Source of the DNA: Sarea resinae
Lineage: Eukaryota
Direction: 5' to 3'
Assembly: GCA_026026165.1 (NCBI GenBank)
Contig: JAPEUD010000019.1
Coordinates: forward strand, 124,001-188,000
Length of the DNA stretch: 64,000 bases
Shown: one piece after another, positions 13,255-30,096 of the stretch
Position numbering within the stretch: position 1 is the stretch's first letter
How the letters are laid out: the number at the start of each line of letters is the position of its first letter
Translations under genes and position numbers: made by a program
The notes under the pieces: model-generated
Seen by the model: the letters and a program-made list of their open reading frames with translations, nothing else
Told to the model about the DNA's origin: nothing
Database searches by the model: none

Positions 13255-14492
13255 CTATGTAAGCCCTCTCAGCCGTATGCGAGGTCGAGTAGCGAGTACT
13301 TGGACCACGCACGCGGATGGCCCCGGAAGGACGCCTCCACCAAGTCTCGAGTACCTCGCATTCCTTCCCGGCTTACCGATTTACCACCGAACCTGGAGAA
13401 GAGGAGGTGCCGGGAGGCGAGGACGATCTTTCACCCGGTCAAAGCTGAGCGAGCAGAGAGAAGAGAGAGCTGGTCATCGATCCTGTACACTACTCAGTAC
13501 GCTACAGCACGCACCTTTGCATGCCCTGCGCATTACTCAGCTCTGTTCTTCTGGAACAATGCCATCGATAATGCAGTAGAACCGAGTCATCTCCTTCGTG
13601 CGGAGTACATCCATGGATGATTCTCTTCAATGTCTTTCTCAGCATTCTTATCCTTTGTCTTCTTCTAGGCCTTTGCTCCTCTCGATGGACGAAGCTCTGA
13701 CCGCACCACCTCCACTACTCTATTGTCCTGCCCGTGTCACGTCGCATCATTGATGTCTCCCACGCTTCCCTGTATTCCCTGTACGATGGCAGCTGCAGCT
13801 CGCAGCATCAAGATCAACATGGACGATGGGTAGGGTAGCACGATACTGACATCTACCACATCTTTTGCTTACCTCGTAGGTACTTCGTACTCTGTCACTA
13901 GGTAGGTAAGGTAGGTAGTGAGCGAACCACTGGACTACTCCTGAAACCGGCATGTGTGCACATCGACGAATCCATATGACATCTGGATGCTCGCTGTTAG
14001 CTGTCATTGATCTTGAGTTGAGGGCTGCCATCCATGGATGGCCGTTGTGCTCTCTGAGATGCAGTAGAAGGCCATGGGTGCTTTGGAGACTGCAGCGCTG
14101 GTGATCATGAGTGTTCGCACAGCAGAAGCATTCAATCAAAGAGCGCAACCAGATTGGGACCATGGACAGAACTGGAGATGCGGGTTGGCTCCATCTTGCA
14201 ACATGAAATCTATGGATGCTCCGTACCTGCTTGTCTTTGATTGCTTGTGCTCGATCATGCGTGCTTCTTTGATTTCAACCTGCTCTCTTATTCTGCTGGC
14301 GAGACTACCACTTAGCGGACGTCCCTACCTTTGATAGCCCACCTTCCTTGAAATACAGAACCATATCTCGTATCATTCGTCCCCTTCGTTCGTCGATGTT
14401 AGACTCGCCATCATTCTTCAAGGCACTTGATGATTCCCTGTCTGCTCATCCTTGTACTCCATACCTGGAGAAGTTGAGACATTGACCTGATC

Positions 14493-16499
14493 ATGGCGAC
14501 TTATGGCAAGAAGAAAAAAGGCCTGCTCTCTTCGTTTTCCGTCTTCCACGATGACAAAGAATCTGACCATCAAAGCAAGAAGTCTGGTAACATCTCCATC
14601 CGTCCATTACATTTGAATCTGAATGGTGCTGATGGCCATTGTACAGCCTATTCACGTCTGTCACCACAAAGGCCAGGCAAGGACCTCCGACGAGGCGGGC
14701 CTGCGTATAAAGATGAAGACAGCAATGATGAATTAGCCAATTCTCTTCCGGATGACTTTCCTGGAAACAAGGCCAGCAAGGGATCGAACGACCGCCCTCA
14801 ACTGACCAGTAGGAGTGGCACATCCGACATTGGCAAACAAGTTCGCGAGCAGGACAGCCTTTCCAGTGTTCGTTCGAAGACTCGACAGACCAACGCCCCA
14901 CCAGTGATCTCACCAGACGACAACAGAGAGCGGAGTCATAGATCCGACCAATCCTCCAAAGCTTTGAGCCTTCCCACCAAGGTCAAACCTTCCGTAGCTC
15001 AAAAACCCTCGAAATCTATATCTATCCCTCGTGCTGGTAGCACTGGAGAGCAGAACCGGAGCTCTGCGGCATCAAAGCGTCACAGTCCTGGTTTTACATC
15101 TTTGACCGGCGGTAGGAAACTCGGTGCGAAGGCGTTAAACACTTCAGCCAACTCCAGCAATTTAGACCCGAGTCCCAACCAGTCGTATCCGACGACGAAG
15201 GCTAAAGGCTCGAGCCGTGACCTCCTACCATCGCGGAGTAAGGGCGTCTTCAACAAGCTTAAAGAAGCAATCACTGAGCGCCTGGGTGGTAGTTCAGAAA
15301 GAGGTTCAGTGAGAGGTGCTTCCTCGTCTGATGGGCATCGGAGGAACAAAGGAGACTGTTCTAGCTCATCACGGGTTCGACCTCGTGTTGAAAGAAAGGG
15401 TCCTAGCGCACCAAGAAATCAACCCTTGAACGATATTGATAGAATTAATACGAAACCGGTCATAGATGATGTTTCTCTGCCAGAGCCGAGACAACAACAT
15501 TATGACCCCTTTTCAGATGACCAAGAGACATTTGAATCGCACCTTCTCGCAGAGTCGTTCGGAAGTCGTCTCGCTCGAACCCCCTCGCCCTCCAGAGCCC
15601 AAAACTCTAGCGAAAATACCTTTGCCAGCTCCAACGAAACGTCTTCTACGATACAGCAAGCGTTCTCCGACACAAGGTCGCCCCTCGGTCAACATAAGAA
15701 TGTCTACGAATTCTCCAGCAGCCCAGTGGGTTCATCGACTCCCCGAAGTCATCTAGAGCAAGAACTCAATGAGAAGCGTGATCGGATCCCTGAGCCTCAT
15801 CAGCCCATTTTCCCGAGCTCTCCAACCGTGGGGTCTTCTACTCCTCAGCTTGAGAACCCAGCCTCTGACGACCACAGATATCACCAAGGCATCCGCACAG
15901 GAAAGGAATATGACAGTCCCAAAAACCCCAAACGCAACTCTGGAGACGACCCGAGCTTCTACCCTCGACCCCTTAAACGAATCAAGCAGGAAAATCACCC
16001 ATCTACTGAGGCCCTAGAGGACACCCTCAGTCAAAGCATGCACAAGCTCGGCTCCGGCATCCTAGCAGCCAAAGACCCCAACAAGGAACTCGGCAAGCTG
16101 AGAGTGCCCCGCGGCGATACCAGGCCAAGGCCAAGGGCCAAAAAGGGGCTTAGCATCTTCGAGTCTCCTAGCAGTGGCAGCAGTGGCCGGAAGAAGACTG
16201 CAGCATCAACCGCGCCGATGGATGAGAAGACGTATATCTCGTTGCGCACCAAGCGTGCCGTCCCCACCGCCGCAGCAATAGCAGCAGCCAAGCAATCAGC
16301 GATCCCAAAGCCGGTGGGTAGATTCGGGGCCAAAGAGCGAAGGGCGAGTAAGTCTTTCTCGATGCTCCTGGACCTTGTGGGAAGTGAGGACGACGACGAC
16401 GACGATGATGACGAGGTGGCGGTAAACGGCGAGGGTGAGTCCATGGGCTCGGACGAACTGCAGCACGATGATGAGATACATAAGCTCGGCACTCTCTGA
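14493..16499 (+). CDS. Hypothetical, largely disordered Ser/Lys/Arg-rich protein
   Basis: 668-codon ORF with CATCATG/GATCATG-type start context, a probable in-frame 60-nt intron at 14587-14646 (GTAAC...GCTGAT...CAG), basic NLS-like patches and an acidic C-terminus. Confidence 0.7.
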   Translation: MATYGKKKKGLLSSFSVFHDDKESDHQSKKSGNISIRPLHLNLNGADGHCTAYSRLSPQRPGKDLRRGGPAYKDEDSNDELANSLPDDFPGNKASKGSNDRPQLTSRSGTSDIGKQVREQDSLSSVRSKTRQTNAPPVISPDDNRERSHRSDQSSKALSLPTKVKPSVAQKPSKSISIPRAGSTGEQNRSSAASKRHSPGFTSLTGGRKLGAKALNTSANSSNLDPSPNQSYPTTKAKGSSRDLLPSRSKGVFNKLKEAITERLGGSSERGSVRGASSSDGHRRNKGDCSSSSRVRPRVERKGPSAPRNQPLNDIDRINTKPVIDDVSLPEPRQQHYDPFSDDQETFESHLLAESFGSRLARTPSPSRAQNSSENTFASSNETSSTIQQAFSDTRSPLGQHKNVYEFSSSPVGSSTPRSHLEQELNEKRDRIPEPHQPIFPSSPTVGSSTPQLENPASDDHRYHQGIRTGKEYDSPKNPKRNSGDDPSFYPRPLKRIKQENHPSTEALEDTLSQSMHKLGSGILAAKDPNKELGKLRVPRGDTRPRPRAKKGLSIFESPSSGSSGRKKTAASTAPMDEKTYISLRTKRAVPTAAAIAAAKQSAIPKPVGRFGAKERRASKSFSMLLDLVGSEDDDDDDDDEVAVNGEGESMGSDELQHDDEIHKLGTL

Positions 16500-17707
16500 G
16501 GCCAATTCGAGACACACTCTCGGCCCTGCTTAGCTCAGCTGAGCTGAGCTCTCCTTCTGCATCTGGCCGACCAGTTCTTCTAGAAAAGAAGAATAAGGGG
16601 CAATTTTTCGCTCGTGCTTCTCACTGGCTTGAACAGATCGAGCGCCCGATCATGTATGTCGTTTCCGGCGCTTTTCCGCAGAGGCGGTGTTTGCTTTTGC
16701 TACTTTTGCTCTAGCGACGGCGTTGGGGGCTTTTGTCGTATTCTTATCTGTAACGCCGCGAGGCATAGTATGGTATAGCATACCTTAGTGGAACATACCT
16801 TAGTGGAGCAGAGCGTAGCATAGCAATGGCAATGGCAGTGGCTTGGAACAGCACAACATAGCACAGCACAGCATAGCACAGCACAATATCCAACCGGTCT
16901 GACTTTGTCGTGTCCATAGCCGATAAAGGGTGATATAAGTACTCTAGGTTAGAACAACAAAACTCGATGTATGATTGTGAGTATGTATGCATATATGGAT
17001 GCACGCACGCCACGTTTGCTTTTTTTTGAGGGGTTCGTTTGTATCAATTGACGTTTGTTTAATTGATCGAATGATTGGTCGATTGTGATGTGTGCAAGTC
17101 TTCGTATATAGGGTAAGGTAGAGTATTCCATGCCATTTTTCGATCATTGCTTATGTTTTTTCACCTGTAAATAACAACAGAGGAAAAAAAGAAAAGGAAA
17201 GGAAAAGATGCTGCTATGATAGAAGAGAATTAGGGGATAGTATACACGTTTCCCACCCCCTCCCTCCACGTTTCTCCCTCCCCGCCGAACCGGGGACTCG
17301 TTACCCATGCCCCTTTGGAAACTGCGATATCACAGAAAGAAGCTCCTGATTGACTAACTATCCGAATGACTGACTAGTTCATACTTTTTGTTCCCTGGGG
17401 CCGAAGTCGATGGATGGATGGATGGATGGGTGGTGGTGATGGAGAGTATGATTGATATGGGGGGTGAAACGGCGCATAATGAATCTGTCTCGGAAAAGGG
17501 GCGCAGCATCGGAAGCGTGCTGGAACTCGTCGGGGCTGGTGGTAATGGCAGCCCGGCGTTTCCTTTTCCTTCGAGTATGCCAGATAAAGCTGAATGGAGG
17601 TTTCGAGAGATGCGGGGATGATGGATGGGTGCGGACGGACAGACGGGCGGGTAATGATTCGCAAGGGGAAATGATGGCAAGGGAGGCCAGGCCGGGCGAG
17701 GGAACAA

Positions 17708-18540
17708 TCAAGTGAGTTTCTGCTTGATGAAGAAGGCGCGCAGATGCGACAGTTGCCAGGCGCAGGTGATGCCCAGCACGGCGAGCTGGATCAGCGTCCA
17801 GCGCACAACGCGGGTGTTGGTCGATTCGGACTGGTCGCGGAATTCGGCCTCGCGTTCCTGAAATTATTTTTTCGTCTGAGACACGCGATTCCCACTAGCA
17901 AGAGGAGGATATGGTAGGAACGATAAACGTACCCTTTGGAACACCTGTTCCCGTCGAATGTCCTGCAGCCGCCCGTTCAGGTCCTTGACCTTCTGCACAA
18001 TGTCCTGGATCTTGCCCTTGTCCGTGCTCTCGATGTCGCTCGTCTCGCCGATGGCCAGGTCCAGCGTCATTCGGACCGCGTTCTGCGGCGCCCCGCCCGA
18101 GAGCCAGCCTCCTTGGTTGGGGGATGAGGCCGTGAAGCAGATCTTGTGCTCGCCGCTATCGGCGGCGCTGAAGGTGAAGCGGCCTTTCGATAGCCCGCGG
18201 TTCGAGACGACGCGGTGGTCATTGTCGAACGTCTCGTCCACTGAGATGTACACACCAGTCTGTGGGTTCGGGGAGTAGGACGAGGTTTGGGCGTCCAGCT
18301 CTTCCGTCGAGTAGTGGCCTAGTGATGATTAGTTTTGAGGCCAATTGGGACCGCGCGCGGAAGGAGATGCTATGACTGACCGACGACGAGAGTGTCTTTC
18401 GGCAGCTCTTCAAAGAAACATTTGGGCGTGCTGACGTCGAGGTAGAAGTAGAGGGCGTTGGCTGGCAGGATGAGGGTCGTGAGCAGGATCAAGCAGAGAG
18501 TGGATGCCAGTGATGGCGTCGTTGACCTCGAGACGGCCAT
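17708..18540 (-). CDS. emp24/gp25L/p24 family ER-Golgi cargo receptor (Erp1-like)
   Basis: Exons 18540-18381, 18318-17933 and 17857-17708. Signal peptide, GOLD domain ([15 protein letters not shown]...GEHKICF), coiled coil ([24 protein letters not shown]), TM helix and FFIKQKL tail. Confidence 0.93.
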
Positions 18541-18912
18541 TGTGAGACTTGATAGAGGCGGGTTGTGGGTCTGTCGGCTTCACGTTGGCATCCAGCTGGC
18601 CGCAAGTTCACACTTCGAGATTATTGTCGTGTCCGTATATGGTCGGGGATATGGCCTGCCAAGGGGCTGATCCTCCGCGTTTGCTGGAGCACGGAAGTTG
18701 CCGCTTCTGTACTCTGTAATTCACGTCGTACTGCATACTACCAGCTGCTTGTATCAACTTGCGCAGAGATTCAATGAACGCAGGCGCTGGCTCACTCATC
18801 AACTCATCAACTCATCAACTCCCTCATCTCCGCATCATCTATAACCTGAACGGTGCATCATCCGGACTTGGAGCAAATCTGGATTGAAGAAGCTCAGCTT
18901 CGTGTCTTCAGA

Positions 18913-21071
18913 ATGACGACTGCCGATGTCAGAGACATGCTGGATCTGCCCACGGACGGGCACCCACGACCGACAAAGAAACAGAAGACGGTTGAGAAGC
19001 GACCAGGTATGTCAAGGCGGATCTTACTTGGAGGCAGCAGTCATTGACGAGTCTTCTCAGAGGGCATCACTCGAGAACTATACGCGCTGCTCGGTGAGCG
19101 TGCCCCTCCCATCGCGATCTCAGATCATGGCAAATACAAGGAGAGGCCGAAGCGGGCGCATAAGGCTCAGCCATGGTGTGTCCCAATAAATCAAAGCTAC
19201 TCCTGGAAGAATGCATTTCCTAACGCGGCCATAGGGAATCGGTGTCGTTTACGAATCCCGCGCGTAATGATGGACTGGTCCTGCGACATTGGAGACGGAA
19301 GCGCGATCTGGGAACCCACACCACCTCAGGCCAAGCCGACGACGGCGTCTCTACCGATCAAGAGAGCAAGCCGTCGCCGCAGGAATCGGAGTACTATTAC
19401 GCCAAGTTCAATGTCAAAATCGACGGGCCGCAATACACCGAGGAGCAGTACAACTCCCAGCTCCGGAGCGACGACTGGAGCAAAGAAGAGACGGATTATC
19501 TCGTTGATCTGGCCCTGGACTACGACCTGAGATGGGTCATCGTGGCCGACCGCTACGACTTCCAACCTGCCAAAACTCCCAAACAAGAAGACGAAGAACG
19601 TGCTGCGCTTATCCCAGCCCCAAAGCGACGTACGATGGAGGACATGAAAGCCCGGTATTACGACGTCGCCGCAAAAATGCTCGCCATCCATCGCCCCATT
19701 TCAACAATGTCGGCCGCCGAATTCGATCTCCACGAAAAAATGAGCAAATTCAACCCCGTGCAAGAATCCCAGCGCAAGCACCTGGCCGACGCTTTACTCT
19801 CGCGAACGCCCGACGAAATCAAAGACGAAGAGATTCTCCTCGGCGAACTCAGACGTATCGTCAACAACGAAGATCGCCTCCTCACCGAACGCAAAGAACT
19901 CCGCGAGCGCCTCGAATCCCCGCAGAGCTCCGGAACCACTCAAATGTACCAGTCCAGCCAAGGGCTCGGCCAACTCATGCAGAGCCTTCTTTCAGCGGAC
20001 AAGAACAAAAAACGCCGCTCGCTCCTCGGACCCGGCGAAAACGCCGCCAGTCCTGCCCCAGGAGCAGCAGCTGGACCATCGGGCGCCACAGCCAATGGTT
20101 CCACCCAGAAGGATGCCACCAAAGACTCGCACCGCGAATCCCTCAGCGGACCTTCCGGTGCTGCTCACAAAAAGGGGTCTACAGCAGCCGCATCAGCCGC
20201 CGCAGCGGCAGCAGCAGCAACAACAACAGCGAACGCCCCCATCGAGCGCCGTGCTTTGAGTCCCAAAGAAGAAGAGAGATACGGCGTCTCGTACCACGAG
20301 CGGCTCAATCCAGGCCCGCACTTCCGGCACGACAAGGTCGCTAAACTCGGGGCGGCCAAATCCAACGTCCAGGCCACGAAGATCAGCACCGCGCTCACGG
20401 AACTCGATATTCCTCCCCGCCTCGTGATGCCTACGGCCGCTGTGTGCGCCGAGTACGAACGACTGATCCAGAGCATCCATTCCTTGCTAGATGTCAGGAA
20501 AGTCAGTGAGAAGGTGGAGGCGGAGATCAAGGTCGCGGCCGCGATGAAGGAGGAGCGGGAGCGGAGAGAACGAGCAGAGAGGGGAGAGCCGGAACCGGAG
20601 CCCGAGGCTGAGAAGGAGAAGCAATCACATACGGAGGCTCAAGGCGACAAGGAGCATGGGAATGCAAAGGACCCTGCCAAAGACCCGCAGCCCAAACAAG
20701 AACACCAAGACCATGATGCCGACGTCTCCATGACCGACGCTCCCGCCCCTTCTTCTTCTTCGGTCCCAGCCGCCAACCCCTCTGCAGACGTGCCCTCCAC
20801 AACTCCTACCACTACTTCCCCTACCTCCACCGCCGCACCACAAACGACAGACCCCACAGACAGAACTGCTCCAGCCAAAGCAAACATTACCGCTGCCGCA
20901 CCACCACCAACATTAGCACCAGCAAGTCAGGCACAAGCACAGGCACAAGCCCACAAGCGCAGCGCCAGCGTCCTCAGCAACGCGAGTAACAAGAGCGCGA
21001 ATGCAGGTTCTTCCACGGGACCGGGTGCAAGTACAGGGCCTGCGGCCGGCGTCAAGAGGGTGAAGAAATGA
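18913..21071 (+). CDS. SWC4: SWR1/NuA4 complex subunit Swc4/Eaf2 (DMAP1 homolog)
   Basis: Exons 18913-19006, 19061-19175 and 19235-21071. Motifs: ADVRDML, EGITRELYALLG, FTNPARNDGLVLRHW, SANT domain WSKEETDYL...DLRWVIVADRY...MEDMKARYY, and LVMPT. Confidence 0.93.
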
Positions 21072-22609
21072 GTCCTGTTGGCCCAACTCTCTCCGGGTCC
21101 ATAGAAGCGTCTTTTTTTTCTTTCTTTCTTTCTGTCTGTCTGCTTATCTGGTGCACGCATCTATTCTTCTATCATCAATACGAGGCAGAGACGAAACGGA
21201 AAGTCAAAGGAAGGAGAAGAAAGGAGAAGAAAGGGACCCAATCACCAAAAGGGGAAACCACCCCAGGCGCGAGCGGCGTTCATCACATCACATCACATCA
21301 CATCATTCATCTTCCCATGCCATGCATCAGTACAGTTAGTCTGGAGCGTGTACCGGAATGGGGATAAAAAGGAAGACGGAAAAGGGGGGAAGGGAGGGGC
21401 CGGCGCACACAAACTCTTTTCGTAGCGTACCTACGTAGCTAGACCAATAATAAGCCTCGGGTCATTAATACACGTTCAAGAGTACCTTAGGTGCCTATGC
21501 GTCGATATTCAACTTTTTCGTCTCCTATTCGTCTCCAGACGGACAAAGAGGCAGACATACAGGCGGTCGGTAGTGAGTGAGTGCTGAGTGAGTAAGTGAG
21601 TGAGTGAGTGAGTAAGTGAATTAAGTGTCTAGTAACATGATCATAATCATAACTCCTTAGCCGGCCACTTAAATCCAAACACCAAGTACCTAAGCACCCA
21701 AGCAGCTAATTACCTAAAATCCAAACCAAAGACTTAAGACCTAAGTACCTATCTAAGAGCAGCGACACAGAGAGCAGAGCAGAGCAGAGCGCATAATAGA
21801 ATCCTCAAATCCTTAGATTTTCTAATCCCCTTAGCCTACTTACTGACTACTGCCCACCCTTTCCTCTTCAATGAGCCGAAATAAGGCAACATAGGGGAGG
21901 GTCGGTACAACAAAGCATCACCACTATATATCAAGGTAGGGGGGGGCAGGAGGACAGGACATGTCAAGGCATGTCAAGGCAAGGCAAGGCAAGGCAAGGA
22001 GAGGGGGGAATTGATAGATAACAAACAGCAGGCTACTTCACTCGAGTCAATCAATCAGTTTACTCTATCATTGTTGAGAAAAGTTTCAAGAACAAAAAGC
22101 AAAACAAACGCCGCCCTGCTTGCTTCGCGCGTCTTTGTTTCGATTTCATGTTTAATGGGCTGCTCTTGCGGGAAAGGAAGACCGTTGTTGATCGAGGTGC
22201 GTATGACCCCAGAGAGACTAGAGAGACAGTGGACACAGACACACACGTACACACACTCGACCTATGATGTGGGGCAAAAATGCGGCAGACACCACCACCG
22301 CCCACGAATAAGGGAAAGTAAACACAACACGGCTATCTCTGCAAGTCCGTCTGTCTGGCGCTGGTTCGAACGAACGAGGTGTCCCAATGATAGATGGGGA
22401 GAAAGAAAAGGAGAGGGAAGAAAGAACAAACATTATGGGGCTGTACAAAAATGTAGAGAAGACGCCCTTTTCCTCCCATTGCCTGTAGAACGTGATATGG
22501 CGTACCTCAATCTTTTCCGTCTGTCCATTGAGCAGCTTTGGATGTTGAGCTGCGGATGAACCCGGGACAAGAAAGCTGTAATAAAGCGTGGCCGAGCTCG
22601 GATCTACCA

Positions 22610-25631
<3,022 letters not shown>

Positions 25632-26957
25632 CTTGACGGTGCAACGAGGCTAAAGGGAGAGAGCTCCCAGGACTCGAGGTGGTCAAAATCCACGACAATT
25701 GTCTCTCGACTGAGAGGCCCCAGTTCTGGGGGATCTTTTGGATGCGTAGGATGAGGCAAGGTGGGTGGTGGATACTGAACTGCTTGTACCTTGTAACAGG
25801 AGCCAGGAGCAGTGAGCAGTGGGCTGTGCACGCACAGGAACACCCTAGCACCGCGATGAGGGAGATAGATGGCGAGGCTCCCCGAACGGTGTGATGTTCT
25901 TCAAGGCGGATGACCGAAAAGTGCCTCTATGCTGTAGAGGGAGCGATGCTCCAGCCGTGACGATGCCAGGTGATGTTGGAAGATGCGTTGCCGCTGTGGC
26001 CTTTGTGAGTCTCCGTTCAACGAAGAGAATACTGCTCTAGCTACTGCGTAGTCCCTTGGGCTCAGCAGTCAAATCGAGCGTAGAGTACTGAGTAGGTACC
26101 GTGCTGAGTCCGAGTGGCTCGCCCGCCCAAAGATAGAAATCGTGCCCCGCGTCTGGAGCTTGGCCCCTGCTTCTGGGCCTGCAATGCAGGAATAGGCCGA
26201 TTTGCTCTGTTCAACAATTCAATGCCGCCCCTTCCTTCGTGCCTCACGTAATCCTTCTCGATTCTTCGATGGAGAAGCATGCACGGATGGAGGAATGAAG
26301 GAGGAGAATGGGCAATCGCTACGTGCAGCTTTCCTGCGACTGGGCTTGGCTCCAGCCCGGCGACTCTAGGAGAAGGGAACACGAAAGCGACCGTTGTGGC
26401 CGGTTGTTTAGTCATCGCTAGAGGGCACAACCTCCACCTACCCAACTTACTCCGGAGTACGATGTAGGTAGGTAGCTGCTGCGCGGTGGAAGAGTCCGGA
26501 GCACAGGGTGAGGTGGTTTCATCCATCATTCCATCACTACTGCGCAGTACTTCTACGCTACTACCGCTCTTATCACGGTGCACTCGCCAAAGCCACCCTA
26601 CTGCGCAGTACCTTTCCTTGTTAGTATGTAGCTCTCTGCATCCCAATCATCACTGAATATCGAACCCTGGATGGCACGCTGTAGGGAATATCGCATTCTT
26701 CACCATCTACTGCCGAATCAATTAGCCTGGTAGGTCCAGATATAAACCTCGTTCCCTTCACCCTGATAGCTCCACCGCTCCCGTATCCTTCCATCCTTGG
26801 TAAATTCTAGGAGTATTCTGCGCAAGTCTGCACCAGCCCATACTGTACAATCCCATAAAACAACTCTTTGCCAACCCTGAGAACCCTGAAAAGAACTTTT
26901 CCCCCGCAGCGAGTCAGAAGAATAGATGATCTATCGAGCATAGTACCCAAACTATTT

Positions 26958-27852
<895 letters not shown>

Positions 27853-29644
27853 GACTGCGATTCGCGATCTAGGTTTCTGTGCCGTGCACATTAGTTCTCT
27901 ACTGCATTGCAAAGGCGGCGGAGGTGAAGCATACCAGGGGACAGAAGATATGGTGGTCGCGATCTCTTGTAAAAGTTCCAAAATATGGCACTGCTCAGAG
28001 GTATGGATACCACAGAGTCTGTGAATTCCTGGGTCAGGTTGAATGAGGTAGATTGGGTGTTCACTGTTCACTTTATTCAAAGGATTCGCGACCAACGGCG
28101 GGAGGCTCATGCATAACGCCAGCTCCAGATTCGGCTAGGCAAGATGTGTCATGGTCCCGCTTAAGCAGCAGGTCGAAGTACTTCTATTCCAGCCTGTATT
28201 ACTGCGTAGAGCTAGGTATCTTGCTTGCCCTTACCTACCGCTGCGCGCCGCAGACAGCGACAGCTCCTGGCTCGTACCGTCGATTATTGACTGTCGTCAA
28301 AGACAGGTATGAATACGGTGTGCAGCCTTTTGCTCCCTACCGTGTCTTCCATTGTCTGCACAGATGTCTTGGATTCTCCTTTCACATTCACTTTTAAAAC
28401 TAGCTGCAGTACACTCATAAACATATGGGGCATTTCACTGTAAAAGCTTACCTCATAGGGTCCATGAAGGGTTCCCCGATTATCTATTGCTGTTGAAACG
28501 AAACAGCCGGAATCACTCGTTACGAGCCAAACACTCATAACTCATGAGTCTGGCGGACCGAATTGAGCTTTGTATCCCTCTGATCATACTCGGTATGAAC
28601 AAGGCCTGGCTATTGCTCTGACGGTGGAATTGTCTCCCAAACAAATCAAAGCAAATGCCTTGGCGAACGACGACAAGCTTACGTGGCCGGCTCACCACGC
28701 ATTGATTGGAGAGACGAAGTTGGGGCGACTGCAAGTGATGACTCCTATCCTATATCAATTTATCTCCTCGCAGCCTGTTGTATATGATCCCCTTTATATT
28801 CAGCTCCCTAGTCAGGCAAAGACATATCCAGACACGCGGGTTGCGGTATATTCACTATATCAGATTGTGTGCATTGAATCTACCAACTAGGGGAGGCATG
28901 CTTAAGTTGCTAAGGAATCATTGTATGATTTACTCTTCTGAATCTCAGGTAGCTCGCTACTACCAGAGTCGTAGCACGTGTGTCCGCGTGTTCTTACCCT
29001 CAAGGGGTATTTACATCTTTGCCTGCAAGCCAACATCACCTCCTGAATACCTCATCCAACGAGAAGTCCTATCGTAGTCTGCCATTCGCATCACCCAGCA
29101 AACACTTGTCCTCCATTACATATAAGCACGGGTCTCCTGAGCTAAACGCCTTTGTTGATCCTCGAGAGCTCCATGCATTTTCTCGCCTAGATATAAGCCT
29201 AACATGGCAGATCACTGCAAGGCGCACTTGTAAGCGCCCACATCTAATGCAGCACCTGTGCCACATGCGCGCATACCACTGAAGAGCAGACCCGTCAGCT
29301 CCCAGATGCAGCTAATCGTCAGCGAAACCATGACCTGTATCAACGAATATCCCGAAATAAGGTGCATTGAATTCTGATGAAGTGCGCGGCTATTTTCTAG
29401 GGGCGAATGCTCTTGATATCCTGATGAAACCCATTTGCATAGGCGGTGCCGCCTGTTAGATTGGATATGACTGTTCCTCATAGAGGGCAAAGCCTTATAT
29501 CATGTCCGGTTTCCTCTTCTCTCAATTTCAGGTGTTCCTCTCTTTCTAGCTCAATTGTATTTCCAGTTCAAGCGTCCTTCGTTATCTTCCTGCTGTCCTG
29601 GCAGTCTTGCGTTTCTCATCTTCTTTATATATACTTGGCTCAGC

Positions 29645-30059
29645 ATGGCAGAAGACTTCGATGGGTCAGGTGAGATAATCCAGTCGTGTCGTTCGCAGCA
29701 TGCTAGTGCGGGAAGAGGGCATGGCTTCCTAACTTTTTTCCATTGCTCAAGATAGCCTTGAGGGATTTCTCGATGGCTATAGCCCATCTGTTGGCTTGGT
29801 AGTGACCGCCGCCGTTGTTTTCTCGGCCGTTTATGCATTTTCTATATTCCAATACTTCCGGCTCAGAAGCTGGTTCTTCTGGCCCGTGATTGTAGCAGCC
29901 TCAAGTTTGTCTCCCCACTCCCGACTCAGAAGCAGGATCTCTTACGTGATGCGACTGCCCGATAGTGGAGACCTCCGGCTTCATTGCCAGAGCATATTGG
30001 AGTCAACATCAGTTGGACTTGCAGGCCTTTCTCTTCCAGTCGTATATCCTGCGGTGAGT

Positions 30060-30096
<37 letters not shown>

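Noticed and set aside
28570..29490. About 100-aa ORFs upstream of the RTA1-like gene
   Set aside because: Non-ATG starts and no recognisable homology or transposon motifs.
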